Source of the DNA: Patescibacteria group bacterium
GTDB taxonomy: Bacteria; Patescibacteriota; Minisyncoccia; Moranbacterales; JAKLHP01
Length of the DNA: 64,000 bases
Reading direction: 5' to 3'
Assembly (NCBI GenBank): GCA_043803385.1
Contig: JAZDKA010000041.1
Coordinates: 19,799-83,798 of the forward strand
The translations under genes and the position numbers were made by a program. Positions 27,670 through 37,986 of this stretch are shown here, one piece after another (the stretch's first letter is position 1; every line of letters begins with the position of its first letter). Below the pieces are notes generated by a model. That model was given only the letters and a program-made list of their open reading frames with translations. It ran no database searches and was not told where the DNA came from.

Positions 27670-28641
27670 TTAGGTGTTGAATTCCAGGAGTATTTTCTCC
27701 CACCTCTCTGGAAATAAATCGGGACCCGTGCATGAGGTAACTGTATCAGCTCCCATATCGAGGGATTCCGTGACATCATCCTTATCCATTATCCCACCAC
27801 CTTTGATTAGCCAAAGGTTTACTTTTTTTCTCAACCCAGAAAAATAATCGTTACCCAACTTCTTAATTATCTTTCCAGAAACCGCTCCACCTCCGACTTT
27901 TTGCAATGGCGATCTTTGGCTATCTCCATATACAATCGAGAATGGGACAGCATTAATAGCATGAATAGCTTTCACGCCAATAAGCTCCGCTTCCTGGCAA
28001 AAATCATAAGTGTGCAGAAAACCGACTTTTGCTATAATATCCACGCCCTTTCGTTTGGCATTGGGGGCTATTAACCGTAAAAACATCAGAGATTTTTCCA
28101 TGGCCTTGTCTATGTCCTTATTCGTGTCTTCCTGCCTATTCGGGCAATACATAGCCAGTTCTATTTTACTGAATTTTCCCCCCATCGTCAGCTTTAGCTG
28201 ATTGATGACATCGGTGAATTGCAGAACAAGAACGTAAATGTTTTTAGAAAGATCGGGAAAAAAGTTGGGAATAGCCCAAATACCTTTTTTTGAGGATTTT
28301 CCGATTCTTTCGATGCTCTTTTTTGCTCCAGGACCAGTGTGATTATAGGAGTTTAATAATCCCATTTTGTTTCTTGTTCCAAAAAACTTCCAGAATTCAT
28401 ACGGGCTTATTATTTCTCCATTTTTGTGGATTCTCTGGATATACTTCCATGTCCACGGCCACCATATGTGAAAGTTTCCGTTCCATTTCGGGTAAGTAAA
28501 TGACTTTCCCTCAATGGGAGTCCGCGTGTCAATCGCAGTTTTGAGAAGCCCATTATACGAAGATTTCAAAATGCTGGGGAAAATTCCGTCACAATAAATC
28601 CCGAAAAGCGAATTTAAAGATATTTTTGGCATCCAATCCAT
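27670..28641 (-). CDS. Divergent dihydroorotate dehydrogenase-like FMN TIM-barrel protein
   Basis: KSFT, YCPN, AINAV, GGGAVSG, GGGI..GAD; SD AGAGGTG before ATG 28641 (ORF extends to 28779). Confidence 0.7.
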   Translation of the reverse strand: MDWMPKISLNSLFGIYCDGIFPSILKSSYNGLLKTAIDTRTPIEGKSFTYPKWNGNFHIWWPWTWKYIQRIHKNGEIISPYEFWKFFGTRNKMGLLNSYNHTGPGAKKSIERIGKSSKKGIWAIPNFFPDLSKNIYVLVLQFTDVINQLKLTMGGKFSKIELAMYCPNRQEDTNKDIDKAMEKSLMFLRLIAPNAKRKGVDIIAKVGFLHTYDFCQEAELIGVKAIHAINAVPFSIVYGDSQRSPLQKVGGGAVSGKIIKKLGNDYFSGLRKKVNLWLIKGGGIMDKDDVTESLDMGADTVTSCTGPDLFPERWEKILLEFNT

Positions 28642-28988
28642 TTTTTCACCTCTTTGAGTTATTTTTGAAACTTTATTCAATTCTCTTTGGAAACAATAGT
28701 TTCTCACCGTTCCAGGGATTTTTGACGATGCCATTGTTGTAGATAATATCGTCAATCTTTTCCTCCAGTTCATATCCAACTGTTTTTCTGGAAATATTTA
28801 AGCCGAAGAAATCGGCTACGTTCCATGAGATAAGCTGGCAAACTTGTTCGTCCGAAATTTCAAGCTTTTTGGCAAAGTTAATTGTTAATGAACTGCCTCC
28901 AAATTTAACTCATATTACCAATTTACAATAAATAAATCAAGTCAAAGCAAGGCTTTTGACCTTGCTTTTAAGACTGTACTAATATTGA

Positions 28989-29696
28989 TTAAAACCTCAA
29001 ATAATCTCTCCAATATCTATATAATTCTCTCGTCGCTTTGATATCACCAACATTATATTTGGCAATTTCCAGATATTTTTTTTCTTTAAATAACTTTCCA
29101 ACATCATCTCCGGTTATGCCTTCCGCTTTGGGGCTTTTGATCCCAAATGCCCGGCACCAGAGATGCAAATTTCCACGCCTTCGCATGGCGCCGTAAAAGC
29201 TTAATTGATCTAGCAAATCTATATGCTTTGAATCATATTTTTGACTGCCTATATATTTATGGGACATCAAATTCTTTGAAGGCCGAATATTGTGGATAGC
29301 CGAACGAACCATCAAGAACGGCACATCAAATCCCATTCCATTGAAACTTACAAATTCCTGATATTTTTCGCACAGCTTCCAAAATTGCTCCAGCATTTCT
29401 TTTTCTGACATCGGCTTGAGTTTTATTCCCCCTTCATCCGATTCTTCCTTTTTTTCTCCCGGTGATTGATAATAAACTCCGCCTTTGTCTTCCTCGCTGT
29501 CTAAAACTCCAATAGCAACAATTTCACCAGTTAAAGGAGAAAATCCTAATCCATTTTTCAAATCTTCCAGGGCAGTTTCATATTCTTTCTCATTCTGGGT
29601 TTCTCTTTTTATCCAGCGTGTCAAAGAATCCTTCGTTGTGCTATCTAATTTATCGTAATTTTCTCCCACTGTTTCTATATCAAAGATAAGTGCCAT
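28989..29696 (-). CDS. PolB-like 3'-5' exonuclease (RNase H-like, DEDD) protein
   Basis: IFDIET, FNG..FD.PFL, HIDL, YN.GD. Confidence 0.88.
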   Translation of the reverse strand: MALIFDIETVGENYDKLDSTTKDSLTRWIKRETQNEKEYETALEDLKNGLGFSPLTGEIVAIGVLDSEEDKGGVYYQSPGEKKEESDEGGIKLKPMSEKEMLEQFWKLCEKYQEFVSFNGMGFDVPFLMVRSAIHNIRPSKNLMSHKYIGSQKYDSKHIDLLDQLSFYGAMRRRGNLHLWCRAFGIKSPKAEGITGDDVGKLFKEKKYLEIAKYNVGDIKATRELYRYWRDYLRF

Positions 29697-29709
29697 ATAG
29701 TTAGTCTTT

Positions 29710-29790
29710 AATTTCAAAATCCAAATGACAAATTTCCAATCAAGCCCAAATGACTAAATGTCAACTATTTGGAAATTGGTAATTTGAAAT
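29710..29790. repeat. Inverted 7-nt periodic array, sister of 26903-27015
   Basis: CAAATGACAAATTTCCAATCAAGCCCAAATGACTAAATGTC. Confidence 0.75.
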
Positions 29791-30488
29791 TATTTAATGA
29801 TCGTTCCTTTAAACTTCTTCCCATCCATATAATTTCCCAGATTCATTAAATCTCGGCCGTTCATAATTGCCACCTCGATATTTTCTTCCTGGGCGATTTT
29901 GGAAGCAATTGGGTCGAAGGGCGCGTTCATCCCGGGATCCCACTTATCCCCCACTATTTTTCGGAAATCTTTCCAGGAAATTTTTTCTATTTTCTTAGCA
30001 TCGGGAAATTTTCGGGGATCCTTAGTGTAAACGTAATCAATATTGGATAGATTAACCACTCGCTTGATATCCATATATTTTGCCAGAATTACCGCGTCGT
30101 AATCAGAAGAAAAGCCCGGTCTCCAGCCAGCTCCAATTAAAATAGATTCTTTGAAGTTATAGAAATCTTCCAGATCGTGAGGATTGGTATTTATTCTTGG
30201 ATGGGCATAATTTCTGAAAATTGTTCTTAGAAAATGTCCATTCATTCTGGTCGCGTGAATTCCCAACCAATCTTTGTCATCATTGGTGACAGAGCTATCG
30301 CCTACCTTGACTGAAGCCTCGATATATTTTCTGGCTGTTTTTCCTCCTCCGGTAATTAAGATAAATTTATAACCTTTTTTGATGTAGCCAACAATTAATT
30401 TCTTGAAGTTTTTTACAAATTGAGCATCGATTTCATCGGGAACGATGAGCGATCCTCCAAGAGAGATTACGATGGTTTTTTTTGCCAT
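29790..30488 (-). CDS. pyrH: UMP kinase (archaeal-like type)
   Basis: ISLGGS, GGGKTARKYI, D.LGI.ATR, PG.SSD.DA, DYVY.KDP, PFDP. Confidence 0.93.
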   Translation of the reverse strand: MAKKTIVISLGGSLIVPDEIDAQFVKNFKKLIVGYIKKGYKFILITGGGKTARKYIEASVKVGDSSVTNDDKDWLGIHATRMNGHFLRTIFRNYAHPRINTNPHDLEDFYNFKESILIGAGWRPGFSSDYDAVILAKYMDIKRVVNLSNIDYVYTKDPRKFPDAKKIEKISWKDFRKIVGDKWDPGMNAPFDPIASKIAQEENIEVAIMNGRDLMNLGNYMDGKKFKGTIIK

Positions 30489-30651
30489 TTTTGTCTGCGA
30501 GGTACGAGCAGCTACAAAAATGAGCATCCCGCACCAATTCTATTAGTTAACTTTTTATTATTTAAAATTAAGCCGCACTTGCCTAAAGTAAGGCGATTCC
30601 GTGAATAAAACTATAAATTTACTCAAGGATATATTCGGAATTGGTGCGGGA
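30486..30651 (-). ncRNA. Structured leader element B2 upstream of pyrH
   Basis: Same termini and internal motifs as B1; 3' hairpin includes the pyrH ATG. Confidence 0.72.
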
Positions 30652-30655
30652 AGGC

Positions 30656-31105
30656 TTACTTGTTTAATTTAATTATTCTAGCGATTTTTTGGAGTTCTTT
30701 TATATCGGCTTGCTGACCTAATTGAGTTGTCAAATAGCCTTGATATTTTTTCAAAAATACTTTTTCTTTTGCCCAAACTGCTTTAAATTCCGGTCCGACG
30801 CCATGAAGTGGATATAATTTTATATGCGCGTGATTAACTCCCATTCCTTCCATTACTATTGCTACCCTGTTCACTTTTAATCCTTTCTTGAGGAGCTTAG
30901 CCACTTTCTTGGCGGCCAGAAAAAAATCTTTGTAAATTTTGTCATCCATCTCAATCGCATCAGAATCGTAATGCTTTTTCAGCATCACCAGCGCCATTCC
31001 CTTGGTATTGGGAAACGCATCTAAAATGGCGAGAAAATTTTTGTCTTCCCAGATTTTTACTGATGGAATTTCTCCTTTGATAATTTTACAAAAAATACAA
31101 GACAT
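30656..31105 (-). CDS. HIT-family protein
   Basis: CIFCKII.GEIP; HAHIK variant of the HIT motif. Confidence 0.9.
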   Translation of the reverse strand: MSCIFCKIIKGEIPSVKIWEDKNFLAILDAFPNTKGMALVMLKKHYDSDAIEMDDKIYKDFFLAAKKVAKLLKKGLKVNRVAIVMEGMGVNHAHIKLYPLHGVGPEFKAVWAKEKVFLKKYQGYLTTQLGQQADIKELQKIARIIKLNK

Positions 31106-31112
31106 AAATACT

Positions 31113-31207
31113 GACTACGAATTACTAATCAAGTACAAATATACCAATATACGAATTAAAAAATATTAGTACATTCGTATATTTGTATTAAATTCGTAGT
31201 TCGTAGA
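31113..31207. repeat. TACGAAT-based palindromic element, reverse complement of 7210-7303
   Basis: Direct sequence comparison. Confidence 0.85.
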
Positions 31208-31212
31208 GAAAA

Positions 31213-31656
31213 TCATTTAAAACAACTCGCCGCTCTCTGGTATCCTTTCTTTTGCGCTTCTGCTTCGCTTCCGAAGCAAACCTTATTTTCCGGCTTTATG
31301 CGCTTGGCATATGAACAGCTGGGAGGATAATATTTGTCGGAATTTTTACTACCTACGAAAGAGCAGCTTGTTGAGGTTTTCGGGGCTTCCTCCCCTATCT
31401 TAGTAGAAACCTCGCCTAACGTCAAATTTTGCGTTTTTTGGCTGTCTTGGGGGCTACTTGGAGTATTTGCATATTGGGCTGGTTTTTCAATAATTAGGGC
31501 TGGTTTTTGCCATTTTTCACCTTTCAGGATCCCAAATTGAAAGGAAATGGCAGCTACCAAAATTAGACCGAAAAGCAGCACTATTTTTTGCTCATATTTA
31601 AGCCAAACTTGCTTGATTTTCAGAAAATGCTTATTCTTGGGTTTTTCAGTTGACAT
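31213..31656 (-). CDS. Membrane protein with C-terminal Ada metal-binding-like domain
   Basis: FVGSKNSDKYY..SC...I..EN..CF.SE.EA...GY. Confidence 0.78.
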   Translation of the reverse strand: MSTEKPKNKHFLKIKQVWLKYEQKIVLLFGLILVAAISFQFGILKGEKWQKPALIIEKPAQYANTPSSPQDSQKTQNLTLGEVSTKIGEEAPKTSTSCSFVGSKNSDKYYPPSCSYAKRIKPENKVCFGSEAEAQKKGYQRAASCFK

Positions 31657-31794
31657 AATTGATTTTTCTCGCTATATTTATGAAGTTAAATCACTAATCA
31701 ACGCGAATTAACTCTCGAATGCTCACGAATAGTCTAAAAATTATTAGTGATAATTTGTGATTAAAATTAGAGTAGATTCGCGATTTATATCATT

Positions 31795-32067
31795 ATGGCT
31801 CACAGAAAGGCTGGTGGCTCTACAACATTAGGACGAGATTCGATTTCCAAAAGGCTGGGCGTTAAAGTTTTTGGCGATCAAAAAGTTAAAAAAGGAAATA
31901 TTATTATCCGCCAAAGAGGAACCAAATGGCATCCGGGAAAAAATGTGAAACGCGGTGAAGACGATACTTTATTCTCTCTCAAAGACGGAATCGTGAAATT
32001 CAAGACAAAAAAAGTCAAAAACTTTACCGGCAAACTGGTGCAGAGAAGATTTGTGAGCGTAGTATAG
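31795..32067 (+). CDS. rpmA: 50S ribosomal protein L27
   Basis: [24 protein letters not shown]; promoter TTGACA-N17-TATATT at 31650-31678. Confidence 0.98.
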   Translation: MAHRKAGGSTTLGRDSISKRLGVKVFGDQKVKKGNIIIRQRGTKWHPGKNVKRGEDDTLFSLKDGIVKFKTKKVKNFTGKLVQRRFVSVV

Positions 32068-32145
32068 ATTATCAAAAAAACTTTTATAAAAGAGCGACAC
32101 ACTGGCGCTCTTTTATTTTATCATAAATATTCTTAATTCGTAATT

Positions 32146-33780
32146 CTATTTCTCAAGCCCTGCTTTTACGAATTCCAAAAACAGCGGATGGGATTTGATT
32201 GGAGAAGATGTAAATTCCGGATGGAATTGGGTTCCCAGAAAGAATGGATGGATATTTCTCGGAAGCTCGGCGATTTCCATTAATTTTCGATTAGGAGACT
32301 TTCCGGAAAATACTAACCCGCCTTTTTCCAATTTTTCAATATATTCCGGATTCACTTCCCATCGGTGCCTGTGCCTTTCGGAAATTTTGGTTTTTCCGTA
32401 AGCGTCAAACGCGATAGTGCCTCTTTTGAGATTGGCGGGATAAGTACCAAGCCTCATCGTGGCTCCATAATTTTTGTCTTCCAGATTTTTCTTTTGTTCC
32501 GGCATAATATCGATTACCGGATTTTTTGTATCGCGGTCAACCTCGGTTGTATTAGCATCTTTTAAATCTAAAACATTTCTGGCAAATTCGATAACCGCCA
32601 ATTGCATTCCGTAGCAAAGCCCGAAATACGGAATTTTATTAACCCGGCAATATTCGATTACTTTAATTTTTCCTTCAATGCCTCTTGAACCGAATCCTCC
32701 CGGAACTAGGATACCGTTATAATCCTTGAGTATTTCTATTTTATGAGGCTCTTTTTCGAACAGCTCGCTGTTTATCCAATCGACTTCCGGTTTGGCTCCA
32801 AGCTGGTAGCAAGCGTGCTTGATGGCCTCGATAACGCTGATATAGGAATCACTTAAAATAAAATCTCCCGTTCCGAAATATTTTCCCACAATTCCAATTT
32901 TAACTTTTTCCTTGGCTGATTTTATTTTTTCAACTAGCTCGTACCATTTTTGCAGATCTGTCTTTTGGGGTTTGAGCCCTAATTTTTTAAGGATTAGCCG
33001 GCTCAAGTCATCTCTTTCAAAATTAAGCGGAACCTCGTAAATGCTATCAATGTCCGGAGCTGAAATAACATAGCGTTCGGGAATATTGCAAAACATTCCC
33101 AGTTTCTCTTTTCTTTTAGCATCAAGGAAGGTTTCACTTCTGGCGATTATAAAATCAGGCTGAATTCCAGTACCATTTAAAGTTCTTACCGCATATTGAG
33201 TCGGCTTGGTTTTCATTTCTCCTATTTTAGAAGGTACGGGCAAGTAGCTTACCATCACAAAAATAACGTCTTCAGGATTTTTTATTTTCATCATTCTGGC
33301 TGCCTCCAGGAAAAGAATATTTTGATATTCCCCGATCGTTCCGCCTATTTCAACAATAGTAATATCAGATTTAGTTTTGTTGGATGCTTTTTCTATCCTG
33401 GAGATAACTTCCAGTGGAATATGAGGAACGACTTCAACGCATTTTCCGTTATATTCAAGATTTCTTTCCTTGTGGATTACAGTTTCATAAACTCTTCCGG
33501 TGGTCATATAGTTAGTTCGGGAAAGGGTAATATCCATAAATCTTTCGTAATTTCCCATATCCTGGTCGGTTTCGTCGCCGTCATCCAAAACAAAGACTTC
33601 TCCGTGTTCAGTCGGATTCATTGTTCCAGCATCCATATTGATGTATGGATCTATTTTTAGCGCAGTAACATTGAATCCCCTGGCTTTTAGAATCGTGCCG
33701 ATTGACGAAGTAGTTATTCCTTTTCCCACTCCGCTCATTACTCCCCCTACGACGAAAATGTATTTTCTGGTCTTTTTCAT
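32146..33780 (-). CDS. pyrG: CTP synthase
   Basis: GGVMSGVGKG, KTKPTQ, GLCYGMQ, ERHRHR, QFHPE. Confidence 0.98.
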   Translation of the reverse strand: MKKTRKYIFVVGGVMSGVGKGITTSSIGTILKARGFNVTALKIDPYINMDAGTMNPTEHGEVFVLDDGDETDQDMGNYERFMDITLSRTNYMTTGRVYETVIHKERNLEYNGKCVEVVPHIPLEVISRIEKASNKTKSDITIVEIGGTIGEYQNILFLEAARMMKIKNPEDVIFVMVSYLPVPSKIGEMKTKPTQYAVRTLNGTGIQPDFIIARSETFLDAKRKEKLGMFCNIPERYVISAPDIDSIYEVPLNFERDDLSRLILKKLGLKPQKTDLQKWYELVEKIKSAKEKVKIGIVGKYFGTGDFILSDSYISVIEAIKHACYQLGAKPEVDWINSELFEKEPHKIEILKDYNGILVPGGFGSRGIEGKIKVIEYCRVNKIPYFGLCYGMQLAVIEFARNVLDLKDANTTEVDRDTKNPVIDIMPEQKKNLEDKNYGATMRLGTYPANLKRGTIAFDAYGKTKISERHRHRWEVNPEYIEKLEKGGLVFSGKSPNRKLMEIAELPRNIHPFFLGTQFHPEFTSSPIKSHPLFLEFVKAGLEK

Positions 33781-33840
33781 AAATATGATTAAAAGCCGCG
33801 CCCCCCCGCGACTTAATTAATTCCTGTGTATATTATAAAT

Positions 33841-34281
33841 TTATTTTTCCTGAATGTCCAGAGCGACCTCCGTTTTGATGTTTTTTCCAAAGTCGATGGT
33901 TATTTTTCTTTCTCCGATGCTTTTTATTGGCTCTTTTAGGATGATGTTCTTCTCGCTTATCTCAAAATCTTGATTTTTGATCTCGTTGGCAATATCTTTA
34001 GTGGTTATCGAGCCGAATAATTTTCCTTTTTCGGCTTTTGCTTTGATTATTATCTTTTTATTTTGGATGTTAAAAGCAGCTTTCATGAGTCTTTCTTCCT
34101 CGTTCTTGTTTTTCTGCTGAATTGTTTCCTGCTCTTTTTTTAGCCTCTGAATTGCTTCCGGAGTAGCGATTTCCGCCAGTTTTTTGGGAAGCAAGAAATT
34201 CATTGCATAACCTTCGGCTACGTCTTTAAGCTCCCCTTTTCTTCCCAAGTTTTTTGCGTCGCTTAACAAAATAATTTTCAT
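33841..34281 (-). CDS. rplI: 50S ribosomal protein L9
   Basis: MKIILL, LG..G...V..GYA.NFL.P, KLFGSIT, IK.IG. Confidence 0.96.
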   Translation of the reverse strand: MKIILLSDAKNLGRKGELKDVAEGYAMNFLLPKKLAEIATPEAIQRLKKEQETIQQKNKNEEERLMKAAFNIQNKKIIIKAKAEKGKLFGSITTKDIANEIKNQDFEISEKNIILKEPIKSIGERKITIDFGKNIKTEVALDIQEK

Positions 34282-34976
34282 AGATAATTTTTTCTTGAGC
34301 AATTATACAAAAACAATGAATGGGATGCCAAAGCTTTTAGCATTTCCGGATCGTCGATTTTTTGCTGGCGGTTATTTTTTGCTATTATTATGGCTGAAAT
34401 TATTCCATCTATTTCTTTTGGAGAAGTTATAATGAAATGATAGTCGTCTTCGAAAAAACTTCTGTTGCTTTCGAAGAGATTTCTTATTATTTCTTCATTG
34501 CTTACTTTCAAAAAAACTCTTTTTTTACTTTTTACCTCGCGTCCCGTTTCTCCATTTTTTATATTTATGAACCGCACCGAGAATTTTTTTGACTTTGCCA
34601 GAATATAGATTGATTCCATTAAAATATCAAAAAATTTTCTTTCTTCCCCAGCGTTCATCTTCGGAATTTCCAGAAGATTCATTGAAACGCTTTTCATTAT
34701 GTCCAATTTCCTGTTGGTTTCTCCGATATATGAATAAGTATCAGTAAGGCTTTTCGATATTACGCTGGTTTCTTTTTGCATTTTTATCTTGTCAGCCAGA
34801 TACCTATTTGACTGCTTTTCTTCCCATCTGAAAATAATAAAGCCGGTGAGTCCCAAAAGGAAAATCAAAACTTCCTCAATCTGCTCTTCCTGTAGAAAGA
34901 AGAATTTCCGATCGTGAGTAATTATATCTGGCACCAATACTGCCAGAACGAATAACGCCAGGTATATCCAATACAT
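34278..34976 (-). CDS. Hypothetical membrane protein with GAF-like C-terminus
   Basis: Two N-terminal TMs; ATGA overlap with rplI. Confidence 0.7.
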   Translation of the reverse strand: MYWIYLALFVLAVLVPDIITHDRKFFFLQEEQIEEVLIFLLGLTGFIIFRWEEKQSNRYLADKIKMQKETSVISKSLTDTYSYIGETNRKLDIMKSVSMNLLEIPKMNAGEERKFFDILMESIYILAKSKKFSVRFINIKNGETGREVKSKKRVFLKVSNEEIIRNLFESNRSFFEDDYHFIITSPKEIDGIISAIIIAKNNRQQKIDDPEMLKALASHSLFLYNCSRKNYL

Positions 34977-35846
34977 CTATTCTTTTTTACAAAGCAGCTC
35001 GTTTATATATTTCTTTAAATCTTCTCCGATATCCTTTCTTTCAAATGCGTAGGACAGCATAGCTTTCATATAGTTAAGGGGATCTCCTGTTGTGAGCCAT
35101 TCTCCGTCTTCAATTTTTTTCGCTATAAATTTTCCGCCATTTTTAACATATGTCCTAATGGCATCGACAATCCAGAGCTCGTTGCCTTTTCCCAGGGCGG
35201 TATCCTTTAAAATATTGATGAATTCCTGATCCAAAATCATTCTTCCAAAGTCAGCCAAATTAGAAGGGGCTTTTTCAATAGGGGGTTTTTCGATAATATC
35301 CTCAATTTCCATCGTTCCTTCTTTTAGCTTCACTATTCCGTATCGATTTAAGACTTCTTTTGGCATTTCCTGGACTCCAATCATAAGATTGCCATTTTTT
35401 TCATATTCATCAACCATTTGCTTAGTGAAAGAAACTTTTGATTTAACTAAATCATCGCCGAAGGCGAAAACAAAAGGCTCATCATCAACCAGGCTAGCGG
35501 CAGATAAAACCGGAGTCCCATTTCCGTAGGGTCCTTTTTGGCGAACATAAATAAAATTTGCCATATCTGCTATATTTTTTACCATGTTTGCCAACTCGGT
35601 TTTTCCGTTTTTTTCAAGATCGTCCTCCAGCGCGATACTGTGGTCAAAATGATCCTCCAATGGTTTTTTGTCCCATTTTGTAACCATTATTATATCTTCT
35701 ATCCCGGCTTCTACCATTTCTTCAACGAGTAATTGTATTATCGGTTTATCGACAATCGGAATCATTTCCTTAGGCATTGATTTGGTGGCTGGAAGAAGTC
35801 TTGTTCCTGAACCGGCGACTGCAATTACCGCTTTTTTGATCTTCAT
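34977..35846 (-). CDS. galU: UTP-glucose-1-phosphate uridylyltransferase-like nucleotidyltransferase
   Basis: KAVI.VAG.GTRLLPATK..PKEM, LEDHFD, IEKP. Confidence 0.88.
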   Translation of the reverse strand: MKIKKAVIAVAGSGTRLLPATKSMPKEMIPIVDKPIIQLLVEEMVEAGIEDIIMVTKWDKKPLEDHFDHSIALEDDLEKNGKTELANMVKNIADMANFIYVRQKGPYGNGTPVLSAASLVDDEPFVFAFGDDLVKSKVSFTKQMVDEYEKNGNLMIGVQEMPKEVLNRYGIVKLKEGTMEIEDIIEKPPIEKAPSNLADFGRMILDQEFINILKDTALGKGNELWIVDAIRTYVKNGGKFIAKKIEDGEWLTTGDPLNYMKAMLSYAFERKDIGEDLKKYINELLCKKE

Positions 35847-35847
35847 A

Positions 35848-35940
35848 AATTCTAACCGATTCGAAATTACGAAAAATTATGCGAATCTGCAAAATTTTTG
35901 TTCGTAGATTCGCATTCAATTCGTAGTTTCGCATCGGGTC
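35848..35940. repeat. Inverted periodic array (TGCGAATCTACGAA type)
   Basis: Right arm matches the reverse complement of 43092-43129. Confidence 0.7.
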
Positions 35941-35941
35941 T

Positions 35942-36739
35942 TTATAATAATTTCTTCTTGGCTATATTTTTTAATTCCTCATTGAATTCAGCGATTGCTT
36001 TTTCAATGAGCGGATCGAATTTTTTGTAAATTTCTTTTTTCTTGACAATATTCCCCGCTTCAAGAAGCGAATCGAATGTTCCGGCATCCAGCCATTCGCC
36101 TTTCACAATGCCTACTTCCAGCTCGCCTTTTTCCAAATAATAATTATGGAGAGAGGTAATTTCTATTTCTCCCCTATCGGAAGGCTTTACTTCTTTAGCT
36201 ACTTTCAAAACCTGATTGTCATAAATATAAAGTCCGGGAATGGCATAATCACTTATCCATTCTTTTGGTTTTTCTACTATTTTAATGGCTTTATTATTTT
36301 CATCGAATTTCACAACGCCGGATCTTTCCGGATCATTCACCTTTTTGGCGAATATTTTTCCTCCAGACTTAAAATTCTTAATATCCTCGGAAAAATCATC
36401 TTCAAAAATATTATCTCCCAGGATCATTGTTACGTTGTCATTGTCAATAAAATTTTCTCCGACAATAAAAGCGTCAGCCAAACCTCTCGGAGTTTTTTGC
36501 ACTTCAAAAAACAAATCGATGCCGTAATTTTTAAAAATTGATCCCAGAAGATTAAGGAATTGCCCGCTGTGTTCCGGCGCGACAATGACTAAAATTTCTT
36601 TAATCCCGGCTTTAATTAAGGTATTCAACGGATAGAAAATCATCTGCCGATCATAAACCGGTAAAAGCTGCTTGGATGTCGTAGCGGTGAGAGGGAGTAA
36701 ACGCGTGGCTGTCCCTCCGGCGAGAATAATGCCTTTCAT
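35942..36739 (-). CDS. rfbA: Glucose-1-phosphate thymidylyltransferase
   Basis: MKGIILAGG..TRL.P, SKQLLPVYD, RGEIEIT, WLDAGT. Confidence 0.94.
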   Translation of the reverse strand: MKGIILAGGTATRLLPLTATTSKQLLPVYDRQMIFYPLNTLIKAGIKEILVIVAPEHSGQFLNLLGSIFKNYGIDLFFEVQKTPRGLADAFIVGENFIDNDNVTMILGDNIFEDDFSEDIKNFKSGGKIFAKKVNDPERSGVVKFDENNKAIKIVEKPKEWISDYAIPGLYIYDNQVLKVAKEVKPSDRGEIEITSLHNYYLEKGELEVGIVKGEWLDAGTFDSLLEAGNIVKKKEIYKKFDPLIEKAIAEFNEELKNIAKKKLL

Positions 36740-36910
36740 GCAATTTTTATCTGCGAGCGTAGCGAGCAGCTATAAAAATTAGCATCCCGCACCAATTCGC
36801 AGTTTATATTTTAATTTTTTTGAAATTTGAGCCGCAGCCTGCCTCAGGCGAGGCGATTCCGTGAATAAAATTATAAATTACCCGTAGCTTTATTCGGAAT
36901 TGGTGCTGGA
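36737..36910 (-). ncRNA. Structured leader element B3 upstream of rfbA, overlapping the rfbD 3' end
   Basis: Same architecture as B1; the 5' terminus encodes the rfbD C-terminal SSTNSE*. Confidence 0.72.
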
Positions 36911-37825
36911 CAAGTATTCCTTTAATGCTTCTTTCCAGCTTCGAAGTGGGTTTAGTTTGGTATTTATCAAAACTGAAATTTCCGGTCTTTTGGCTGGCCT
37001 TTTGAGGTCTTTCGAAGCTATCGGAATAACTTTAGTTTTGACTTTCTTTAACTTATATAATTCTAACGCGGCTTGGTGCCATGTGCAAGCGCCGGAATTG
37101 GTAACGTGATAAATTCCAAAAGGTTTTTTGGCTTCAACTATTTCTTTAGTTTTTCGCGCCAAATCCGGCGCGTAAGTATAGCAGCTTATTTCATCGTTAA
37201 CTATTTTTACAGATTTATTTTTTCCCCCTAATTCTAGCATTACATCAAAAAAACTTTTTTTTGCTCCTTCGGCTTTGGCAGGTTTTCCGAATAATTTTGA
37301 AGTTCGGATAATATAATACTTCTTAGTGTTCTTTTGAACTTCTATTTCTCCCAAAAGTTTTGTTTTTCCGTATTTATTTATTGGTTTCGGCTTGTCGCTT
37401 TCCTTAAATCCTATTTCCGGCTGAAAATTAGCGTGAAGCATGCAGGAATGACAAGAATGAGCGCATCCCTCCGGCTCTTCTATTTTTGGCTTTCCGTCAA
37501 AAACATAATCAGTTGAATAATGAATGAACATTGCTCCGATTTTTTTGGCGATTTTAGCGAGATATCCTAGAGCCAATCCGTTTATTTTTTTGGCAATTTC
37601 AAACTCTTTTTTTTCTTCGCATTTATCCACAGCATTGTAAGCGGCGGAATTGATAATAATTTTAGGATTTATCACTTTAATTTTTTTGTGAACGGCCACT
37701 TCATTGGCAATATCCAAATCATCTTTGTCCCAAGCGATAACTTTGTAATCCTTATCAGACTTAAAGACAGAAACCAATTCCTGTCCCAGCATTCCTTTCG
37801 CGCCGATTATTAGTATCTTTGCCAT
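36890..37825 (-). CDS. rfbD: dTDP-4-dehydrorhamnose reductase with Cys/His-rich insertion
   Basis: GAKGMLG, AAYNAVD, STDYVFDG, YGKTK, PAKRP. Confidence 0.94.
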   Translation of the reverse strand: MAKILIIGAKGMLGQELVSVFKSDKDYKVIAWDKDDLDIANEVAVHKKIKVINPKIIINSAAYNAVDKCEEKKEFEIAKKINGLALGYLAKIAKKIGAMFIHYSTDYVFDGKPKIEEPEGCAHSCHSCMLHANFQPEIGFKESDKPKPINKYGKTKLLGEIEVQKNTKKYYIIRTSKLFGKPAKAEGAKKSFFDVMLELGGKNKSVKIVNDEISCYTYAPDLARKTKEIVEAKKPFGIYHVTNSGACTWHQAALELYKLKKVKTKVIPIASKDLKRPAKRPEISVLINTKLNPLRSWKEALKEYLSSTNSE

Positions 37826-37982
37826 TTTTATCTTCGAGTGAAACGAGAAGCTATAAAAATGAGCATCCCGCACCAATTCTTTAAATTAAACTTTTTTATT
37901 ATTTGAGATTAAGCTGCAGGCGATTCCGCGGATATAGATTTTTAATATTGCATATATCTATATTCGGAATTTGGTGCGGGAT
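37823..37982 (-). ncRNA. Structured leader element B4 upstream of rfbD
   Basis: CATTTTTAT/ATAAAAATG stem includes the ATG. Confidence 0.72.
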
Positions 37983-37986
37983 TTCA

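Noticed and set aside
30488-30527. N-terminal extensions of pyrH, rfbD (to 37876) and prsA (to 52860) in the ORF track
   Set aside because: They come from non-ATG starts read through element B; homology begins at the downstream ATG.
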